Shown one piece after another: positions 27,226 to 33,944 of a stretch of DNA of 64,000 nt. Every line of letters starts with the position of its first letter. Position 1 is the first letter of the stretch. The position numbers and the translations under genes are program-made. Location of the stretch: assembly GCA_037441645.1 (NCBI GenBank), contig JBBIRU010000030.1, forward strand, positions 102-64,101, in the 5' to 3' direction. The notes beneath the pieces were generated by a model, which worked only from the letters and a program-made list of their open reading frames with translations, was not told where the DNA came from and did not search any database. Origin of the DNA: Bacteroidota bacterium. Its GTDB lineage: Bacteria > Bacteroidota > Bacteroidia > Bacteroidales > GWA2-32-17.

Positions 27226-27300
27226 ATTTATAGTTATAATAGATATATGCGCAACTGGTTGCGTATATCCAAGTGTTACCAACAAGCCGTGAAATAAAAT

Positions 27301-27699
27301 ATGACATTAAACATTAAAATGAAGTTAATAATATTGATATTTTCTATTTTCTTTTTGTCAATTGGAACTGAAGCACAGAACCAAAATGATTCACTATTAA
27401 TAAAATCTCAGAGAGAATTAATAAATATTGCAATAAAATCATCAAATACAATTAAAAGTACAAAACCTATTGATGAATTGATCGCTTCAAATAATATAAC
27501 AATTAATGAGCTTGAAGTATCATTATTTGTTTCAAAAGCTGAGATATTGACAAATATTTATAATTTACTTATATATAATTCAATTAACGACACAGCTTCA
27601 TTTAATACCCATGTTTTTGAAGTTCTTGATTGCTACTCCAGAGCAATTATGAAAGCAAATTGCCAAAATAAACTTCATGCACAATATAATGAGGTATGA
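27301..27699 (+). CDS. hypothetical exported protein (132 aa)
   Basis: It has a signal peptide or anchor (MKLIILIFSIFFLSIGTEAQ), and the remainder is helical. It overlaps the next ORF. Confidence 0.5.
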   Translation: MTLNIKMKLIILIFSIFFLSIGTEAQNQNDSLLIKSQRELINIAIKSSNTIKSTKPIDELIASNNITINELEVSLFVSKAEILTNIYNLLIYNSINDTASFNTHVFEVLDCYSRAIMKANCQNKLHAQYNEV

Positions 27700-28294
27700 A
27701 TTTCTTCATCTTTTAAAAGTCAATGAAAATCTTATAGACCAAAAACTAATATCAATTTATAATAATGATAAAAATGAACTTAAAAAATATGGATTGCATC
27801 CTGAATTAACAGGATTTGGTTTTGGAGTATTCTTAACAAAGAGTAATAATGTTTTGATAGGTTCAGAATTTTCATTGTTTTCAATTAAAAGAGAGAGGGC
27901 ATTCCTCAAAACCACATGTAATGGTGAAATTTTCAAAATAATTGAAAATAATTCTTCCCTTGATTTTACAGATTTATTTACTATTGGATATAGTAGAGGC
28001 CTTAATTCAAAAATAAATGATTTTTCCTTTAGTTTAATTGACTTTCACTCTCTCATATATTTTGCGCCGGCAAAAATTTGTTTTCAAATAAATGAAGGGT
28101 CAAATGAAAAATATTTTCATTATATGCCTGAAATTGGAATTGGAATAGGTCCTGTGTCTATTTCTTATTCTTATAATATTCCTCTATCTAAAAAAGCAAT
28201 TTCAACAGTAGAAAAACATTTTTTATATTTACGAATATCTTATCCAATTAATGATTACTGGCAGAAAATGTACGACAAGAGACAAAATAATTGA
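27677..28294 (+). CDS. hypothetical beta-rich protein (201-205 aa)
   Basis: ORF only, with no signal peptide of its own. The alternative start ATG 27689 overlaps the upstream stop within ATGAGGTATGA. The alternating hydrophobic pattern (GFGFGVFL, IGIGIGPVSISYSY) suggests beta strands. Confidence 0.5.
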   Translation: MHNIMRYEFLHLLKVNENLIDQKLISIYNNDKNELKKYGLHPELTGFGFGVFLTKSNNVLIGSEFSLFSIKRERAFLKTTCNGEIFKIIENNSSLDFTDLFTIGYSRGLNSKINDFSFSLIDFHSLIYFAPAKICFQINEGSNEKYFHYMPEIGIGIGPVSISYSYNIPLSKKAISTVEKHFLYLRISYPINDYWQKMYDKRQNN

Positions 28295-28335
28295 TTTATT
28301 TGGGCTTGAATATTAACAAAATTAATAAACGGCCA

Positions 28336-28470
28336 GTTGGTAACACTATGTTAGAATTTAGCGGGCGGGAACGTGCATTTTGACAATGACAACAAAATAT
28401 AAAATAACTAACGGTTTGACACACCCTGCAAGGAAATGCCCGCCAAATCCAACATTGAACCGTTACCAAC
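28336..28470. repeat. 135-bp imperfect palindrome with GTTGGTAAC / GTTACCAAC termini
   Basis: Arm 28336-28369 and arm 28438-28470 can form about 25 bp (9+5+2+3+6). An asymmetric internal loop follows the terminal 9 bp, and there is one extra base. The element starts 41 nt after the stop of the 27677-28294 ORF. Confidence 0.8.
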
Positions 28471-28815
28471 CAAACTACAAAAAAAGCAGAAAAATATCGT
28501 TCTGACTGAGTTGTGAGAGAAAAAAGGTTTACAGTTTTGTGCATTGACTAAAAAAATAAAATCATGACCTTAATGACCGCATACACACAAGCCTACTTCT
28601 TCTGTATTATTTTTTCCCCTCGCTCTCTGCCTTTCAGGCAGTTTGGTTTAACAACTGCCACCACACCTCAAAGCACATTTTGTTTTTTATGATAAAATAA
28701 ATTCTTAGTGGTTATAAAAACAAAAAGAGTTTTTCGCTTATCTCAACTCATATTCTTTATAATAGAGATTAAATATTATTTTGTAATATTGTATAAATAA
28801 AACGTCAAATAAATA

Positions 28816-29568
28816 ATGGCTACAATACAGTTGAAGGGCCTTGATGAAATTGAAATAAAAAATGTTTCAGGCAATGTTGTTTATTTCAAAGAAATAAAAA
28901 TACCTAATGAGGATTGTTCAAACTTTTTCGTTCGATATATTATTAAAAACCCCATAGCCCTTACGGAATTAAGAAGCATTAGTGTTTGTATGGTAAGTCC
29001 ATATAGTAGGGATAGCTCACATGCTCCTCTTAATAAGTCTATTCTGATTTCAAAGGATAGTATGCTCTATGTAAGGTTAGAGTCTTCAAAAAAAGATACT
29101 TTTAATGGTATGGCAACTTTGAATTATGAAATCATTAATTCTAACGAAGACAATTTTGATAATATAAGCAGAACTGTTTTTATATCTGAAAGAGATAGGC
29201 AAAATGCGTTTCGAGTTGCATTAAAAAATTTAGGTCGGTTCTTTAATATTGAGAATTGGAAAAAGGATGATAATAAAACTCTATTTGTTAAGATTATTAA
29301 TACAGGCCACCCTATTGTAGACTTATTAAAAAATTATTTTACAGCTTACAATAAGTGGTTTGAATTTTATTCTAAAATAAAAGAAATAGAGTCTAATAGT
29401 GGTCAAAAATATTATTTAACTATTGAAGATCAGGAAGAACTTGCTTCATTAATAAGTTCTCGTGTAAAGGCATTAACTGTACTACAAGAAGCATTTGACG
29501 AATTACAATTTAAGAAATTTCAAAAAACAAATGGTCTTGAAAATATAGATGGTATATTACATGATTAA
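28816..29568 (+). CDS. hypothetical protein (250 aa), first gene of an overlapping pair
   Basis: It has no signal peptide, no TM segment and no catalytic motif that I recognise. The N-terminal ~125 aa look beta-rich and the C-terminal half helical. Its stop overlaps the possible starts of the next gene. Confidence 0.6.
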   Translation: MATIQLKGLDEIEIKNVSGNVVYFKEIKIPNEDCSNFFVRYIIKNPIALTELRSISVCMVSPYSRDSSHAPLNKSILISKDSMLYVRLESSKKDTFNGMATLNYEIINSNEDNFDNISRTVFISERDRQNAFRVALKNLGRFFNIENWKKDDNKTLFVKIINTGHPIVDLLKNYFTAYNKWFEFYSKIKEIESNSGQKYYLTIEDQEELASLISSRVKALTVLQEAFDELQFKKFQKTNGLENIDGILHD

Positions 29569-30232
29569 TATGTGTTGTTACGAATATCTTTTAGAACCCG
29601 ATTTTAATTGGGATTCTGTTACTGCTATTGGCACGATTGCCCTTGCTATAGTTACTATCCCATTAGCGTTTTATGCTGGGAGACAGTTTAAAGATGTAAA
29701 TGAATTTAATAAAAAGAATGTTAATTTAAGTCAGTTGCAATCAGCGGAATCATTAATTCTTAAGCAAATTGAATTTCATTATAATATTTTGGGGAGAATT
29801 GAAAAATACGATAAAAGTATTTTTAATGTTATTTATGAAAATTTGATTGCAAATTTTGAATTTGATTTAAAAAAATCTATTCCTGAAATGGAGTTTCAGG
29901 TAAAATTAGCATACGGTAAATTATATGTTGATTTTGGCTATATTCTGGGGCATTATTTCAGGAATTTATATAGAATATTTAAAAATATTGACGAAATTAA
30001 TGTTGATGGCTTTGATAAAAAATACTATGCAAAATTAGTAAGAGCCCAATTTTCAGAATATGAAACTTTGTTGTTATTCTATAATTGTATTTGGATTAAT
30101 GATAATAAAAAATTTAAAAACTTGGTTGAAAAATACGAATTATTAGAAGGCACAAATTTTGACCTACTTATAGATAGTGAAAACCATCCTAATCTATATA
30201 TAGATAATGCATTTGGTGATGAGTTTTTATAA
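29549..30232 (+). CDS. membrane protein resembling the 'putative phage abortive infection protein' (putAbiC, PF16872-like) family
   Basis: There is one N-terminal TM helix (VTAIGTIALAIVTIPLAFYAG). It is followed by LGHYFRNLYRIFKNID...KKYYAKLVRAQFSEYETLLLFYNCIW...KFKNLVEKYELLEG. I recognise this as the YFR.LY...Y..l.RaQlS..E..LLfYN...kF..Lie.Y.L signature of that family, from memory and without an HMM run. Possible starts are 29549, 29561 and 29570. Confidence 0.55.
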   Translation: MVYYMINMCCYEYLLEPDFNWDSVTAIGTIALAIVTIPLAFYAGRQFKDVNEFNKKNVNLSQLQSAESLILKQIEFHYNILGRIEKYDKSIFNVIYENLIANFEFDLKKSIPEMEFQVKLAYGKLYVDFGYILGHYFRNLYRIFKNIDEINVDGFDKKYYAKLVRAQFSEYETLLLFYNCIWINDNKKFKNLVEKYELLEGTNFDLLIDSENHPNLYIDNAFGDEFL

Positions 30233-30376
30233 AGTCTTAGAAATATTTATTTTCATTTTTCTTATTGACGATTCTTATTGCTTAATAAGAATTAAAAAAA
30301 CTTAATCTATACTTATAACAAATGACTCAATTTTTAATAAAATTCCAGTAAATCTTAATCAAAGACAAATATTTCT

Positions 30377-30589
30377 ATGGAGGGTATAAGGTATTGTGCG
30401 AATTCAATCTTTCTTAGCTATTCGACATTATACAATGAATTAGATTATATCTCAATAAATTCATTCAGAGACCAATCTTGTACAATAATTTTCAAAGAAG
30501 CTTGGAACCAAATTGATTCAACTTATAGACTTACAAATTTATTATCCGCAATGTATTCATATAATGGTGACATTGAAAACAGATTATGA
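30377..30589 (+). CDS. small orphan ORF (70 aa), possibly a gene fragment
   Basis: ORF only. An in-frame stop lies 7 codons upstream of the ATG. Confidence 0.25.
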   Translation: MEGIRYCANSIFLSYSTLYNELDYISINSFRDQSCTIIFKEAWNQIDSTYRLTNLLSAMYSYNGDIENRL

Positions 30590-30606
30590 AACCCAATTAA
30601 ATTCAT

Positions 30607-30711
30607 GAGCTAACGTTTAAAGAAAAACTGAGGTATCAATATGACAAATTTGAAGGAAATTTTGAAAAACAGTAACTCGCTGGAATTCAACAGTTATTTT
30701 AACCGTTAGTC
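30607..30711. repeat. 105-bp imperfect palindrome with ...GCTAAC / GTTAGTC... termini
   Basis: GAGCTAACGTTTAAA (30607-30621) pairs with TTTAACCGTTAGTC (30698-30711) over 14 bp, with one bulged G and one mismatch. The element starts 18 nt after the stop of the 70-aa ORF and ends 58 nt before the next ATG. Confidence 0.7.
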
Positions 30712-30768
30712 AGAATAATAAAATAAGACTAAGTAATTTAACATTTTGAATAACTAATAAATAAAAAA

Positions 30769-31965
30769 ATGAAAAAACTAATTCTTTTATCAACTATAGT
30801 TCTAACTACTATAGTTGCAAATGCTCAATGGCAACAAATCAATTTTGGCAGCTTATATGTTACTTGTATAACTTCTGATAGCTCTTTGGTTTATGTTGGT
30901 ACAGCACTTGACGGTGTTTATCTTTCAAAAGATTGTGGAGGAACATGGATACAGGTAAACAATGGTTTACCAATTGACATGTTTACTGCAATAACTAATC
31001 TAGAAGTTATTGATACAAATATAATTGCATGTACATTTAATGGAAACACTGGAAGTATTTATTTGTCAAATAATCAAGGTAATTCATGGACAGAAATACA
31101 TAACGGAATACCTATGAATAGTTATATTAATGATATTTATATAAAAGACAATATTATATTTGTTGTAACATTTAATAACGATGGAAGTGAACCAGGAAAC
31201 AATGCCGCTTTTTATTCTATTGATACAGGTTCCAGTTGGATAAATTTAAATGCTTCAATTATTAATACTCCCTCGAATATTGCAAAAAATAATAACTATA
31301 TTTTCTTAAGTTTTTTTAGCGGGGCAATAAACAGAACCAGTAATTTCGGGACTTCATGGACAAATATTCAAAACGGTTCAAATGTATACAGCATAGAGAC
31401 CAAAGGTTCATTTATTTTTGCTGGTAATGGTGATGGAATGATAAGGTCTTCTGATAATGGCACAAATTGGACGACAATTAATAATGGATTAACAAATTTA
31501 TTAATATCTGACATTAAAATTATAGACACTACTATTTTTGCAATAACATATTCAGGTGGTATATTTTATTCTTTGAATAATGGAAATCTTTGGTTGCCGT
31601 TTAATGACGGATTAAATGACTTAGCTATCAGCGATGTAAGTATTTGTGATTCTAATGTATTTGCTGGAAATAACGAAGGACTTTGGAAGCGTGCATCTTC
31701 TGATATTACATCAACATCAAAAATCAACCAAAATATTTCTGAATTAACATTATTTCCTAATCCAAGTAATGGTAAGTTTATAATTAAAGGTAAAGCTAAT
31801 TCAATTGAAATAACTAATATTCTCGGAGAGATAATTTATAAATCAATTATTAATAATATTCAAAGTAATAATGAAATCAATCTTTCATATGCGCCAAAAG
31901 GAATCTATTTTGTAAAAATCTATAACGGTAAAAACTTTCATCTTGAAAAAATCGTTCTTAATTGA
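30769..31965 (+). CDS. secreted BNR/sortilin-type beta-propeller repeat protein, T9SS cargo
   Basis: It has a signal peptide. S.D.G.(T/S)W-type repeats recur (SKDCGGTW, SNNQGNSW, SIDTGSSW, TSNFGTSW, SSDNGTNW, SLNNGNLW). The C-terminal sorting domain is LTLFPNPSNGKFIIKG...GIYFVKIYNG. Confidence 0.8.
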   Translation: MKKLILLSTIVLTTIVANAQWQQINFGSLYVTCITSDSSLVYVGTALDGVYLSKDCGGTWIQVNNGLPIDMFTAITNLEVIDTNIIACTFNGNTGSIYLSNNQGNSWTEIHNGIPMNSYINDIYIKDNIIFVVTFNNDGSEPGNNAAFYSIDTGSSWINLNASIINTPSNIAKNNNYIFLSFFSGAINRTSNFGTSWTNIQNGSNVYSIETKGSFIFAGNGDGMIRSSDNGTNWTTINNGLTNLLISDIKIIDTTIFAITYSGGIFYSLNNGNLWLPFNDGLNDLAISDVSICDSNVFAGNNEGLWKRASSDITSTSKINQNISELTLFPNPSNGKFIIKGKANSIEITNILGEIIYKSIINNIQSNNEINLSYAPKGIYFVKIYNGKNFHLEKIVLN

Positions 31966-32067
31966 CATCGGTAACAAATATTACGGTTGCTAACACACGT
32001 TTGGCAAAAAAGGGCGGGTGGTGCATTCCGATAGCTTATTCCAGTTGCAAGCGTCAGCAGCAAAAAA

Positions 32068-32095
32068 GAACTGGAACGGCTCCAACTCTTTTTTT
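32068..32095 (-). terminator. rho-independent terminator of rimM
   Basis: The minus-strand RNA is GAGUUGGA-GCCGU-UCCAGUUC (8 bp, including two G-U pairs) followed by U6. It lies directly after the rimM stop codon. Confidence 0.7.
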
Positions 32096-32612
32096 ATTGA
32101 TTTAATTCTCTTAAACCCGGTGGAATATTTAATACTATTCTCTTTCTTCTTTTGTCAACGCTGATTAAAACATATTCGTTAAAAGGCACCAGTACCTGAT
32201 TTTTACCATCAGACACCGTTAGCAGTAAATTTCCGGGTATATCCATCATTCCCGTAACCTTTCCCATAAGTTCACCTTCCTGGTCAAGTAATTCAAATCC
32301 AATAACAGAAGAAGGATCTGTAGTTCTTTTGGAATTGAAAACAAATTCCTCAACAAATACTTTACAATCGATAAAACGCTGAGCGGCAGTTTTATTATTA
32401 ATATCGAATAGTTTTAACTGAACGATTTCCTCATTCTGAAGAACAAATTCTTCAATAAAAAACGGGACCAATAATCCTTCTATTTCAAAGAATATCGATC
32501 CCGGTATTTTAAATTTATCAGGAAGTTGAAAAGCAGTTTTTACAATTACTTCTCCTTTAACACCATGTGTTTTAAGCACTGTGCCAAACTCACAGCATTT
32601 CTCCCTGAACAT
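32094..32612 (-). CDS. rimM: 16S rRNA processing protein RimM
   Basis: The motif LKTHGVKGEVIVKT, the size (172 aa) and the position directly downstream of rpsP support the call. Confidence 0.88.
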   Translation of the reverse strand: MFREKCCEFGTVLKTHGVKGEVIVKTAFQLPDKFKIPGSIFFEIEGLLVPFFIEEFVLQNEEIVQLKLFDINNKTAAQRFIDCKVFVEEFVFNSKRTTDPSSVIGFELLDQEGELMGKVTGMMDIPGNLLLTVSDGKNQVLVPFNEYVLISVDKRRKRIVLNIPPGLRELNQ

Positions 32613-32623
32613 TTAATGAATGT

Positions 32624-33169
32624 CTATGCTTCCGGCTGATTTTCTGCAGCAGCTTCGGTCGAAGTTTCCTCTGTAGCGGCAGCTTCAGCTTCTTTTAATT
32701 TAGCCTGTGCATCTGCTAATTTTTTTGCAATAGCCTGCGCACGTGCATCTTTTACTTTCGATTCGGCTTCAAGTTGCTCTTTTACCGATGAAGCTATTTC
32801 TTTACTTAAGCGGCTTTTCTTATCCTGAATCTTTTTCAGCTTGCTTTCTTTCCATTCATTAAAACGGCTTTCGGCAGTTGTTTCATCAAAAGCGCCTTTT
32901 TTAACGCCTTCGAGAAGATGTTTCTTCATATACACTCCTGTATATGAAAGTATTGCACGGCATGTGTCGGATGGAACCGCGCCGTTTTTTAACCAACTTA
33001 AGGCTTTATCGAAATCAATATCGATGGTTGCCGGATTGGTAATTGGGTTGTAGGTGCCAATACGCTCGATGAACCTGCCATCTCGTGGCGCCCTGCTGTC
33101 CGCAACCACTATGTGGAAATACGGAGCTTTTTTCTTTCCATGTCTTGCTAATCTGATTTTTGCTGGCAT
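32624..33169 (-). CDS. rpsP: 30S ribosomal protein S16 (with Bacteroidota-type charged C-terminal extension)
   Basis: The N-terminus is [42 protein letters not shown]. Confidence 0.95.
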   Translation of the reverse strand: MPAKIRLARHGKKKAPYFHIVVADSRAPRDGRFIERIGTYNPITNPATIDIDFDKALSWLKNGAVPSDTCRAILSYTGVYMKKHLLEGVKKGAFDETTAESRFNEWKESKLKKIQDKKSRLSKEIASSVKEQLEAESKVKDARAQAIAKKLADAQAKLKEAEAAATEETSTEAAAENQPEA

Positions 33170-33396
33170 AATTATTTTTTATTTAAACGGACTGCAAAGA
33201 TATACCTTTTTTCTAAAACAGAATACTGTAGATACGATAATTTTATGTATACAGAATATTTTGATAGAATAATATTTTAATCATAACTATCTTGTAATTT
33301 GACATATACTAAGTTTCATATTAAAATTAATGGTATTTTTTTAAATAAAATTTTTGACTGACAATCTTTTTTTATACTTTTGCAACCCGAATAAAT

Positions 33397-33469
<73 letters not shown>

Positions 33470-33472
33470 CTG

Positions 33473-33499
33473 AAAGCCCCGGATTAGGGGCTTTCTTTT
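33473..33499 (+). terminator. rho-independent terminator after tRNA-Phe
   Basis: The hairpin is AAAGCCCC-GGATTA-GGGGCTTT, followed by CTTTT. Confidence 0.75.
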
Positions 33500-33515
33500 A
33501 ATAAATACGTAAGAA

Positions 33516-33935
33516 ATGAAACACTCAGTTAAAACCTCCTGGAAAGGCCAGATGACCTTCGATTCAGAAGTTAACGGTCATCATATTTTACTTGATGCCC
33601 CAACCGAACACGGAGGCGCAGATGCTGGTCCAAGGCCCAAGGAATTAATGCTAAGTTCTGTTGCCGGTTGCACCGGAATGGATGTTGTTTCGTTACTTGA
33701 GAAAATGCGGGTTGAAATTAAAGATTTCAATATTCATGTAGAAGCTGAACTTACAGAAGAACATCCAAAACATTATACAAAAATGCATCTCATCTATGAG
33801 TTTTACGGGAAAAACCTTCCGTCCGATAAAATTCAGAAAGCGGTTGAACTCTCCCAGGAAAGATATTGCGGTGTTTCGTTTATGTACAAAAAAGCATTTG
33901 AGCTAACCTACGAAATCAAGATTGAGAACCTGTAA
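33516..33935 (+). CDS. OsmC/Ohr-family peroxiredoxin-like protein
   Basis: The segment PRPKELMLSSVAGCTGMDVVSLLEKMR and the second Cys in ERYCGVS fit the family, as does the size (139 aa). Confidence 0.8.
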   Translation: MKHSVKTSWKGQMTFDSEVNGHHILLDAPTEHGGADAGPRPKELMLSSVAGCTGMDVVSLLEKMRVEIKDFNIHVEAELTEEHPKHYTKMHLIYEFYGKNLPSDKIQKAVELSQERYCGVSFMYKKAFELTYEIKIENL

Positions 33936-33944
33936 ATCCCTGAT

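Noticed and set aside
28296-28544. Minus-strand 82-aa ORF (MHKTVNLFSL...)
   Set aside because: It is made up almost entirely of the 135-bp palindromic repeat and its flanks. The Cys/Trp-rich, odd composition also argues against coding.
28564-28695. 43-codon plus-strand ORF (MTLMTAYTQAYFFCIIFSPRSLPF...) in the spacer before the AbiC-like module
   Set aside because: It is too short, has no recognisable start context and contains a hairpin. It cannot be supported from sequence alone, though it is worth a look if ribosome-profiling data exist.
26365-32095. A recombinase or integrase gene, or its remnant, in the island next to tRNA-Pro
   Set aside because: No ORF of 60 aa or more in the 840-bp gap, and none of the island ORFs, shows the R..H..R..Y or serine-recombinase motifs. 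A heavily degraded remnant cannot be excluded without a tblastn-type search.
32841-33272. Plus-strand ORFs 32841-33053 and 33054-33272
   Set aside because: They are antisense shadows of rpsP and its upstream region.
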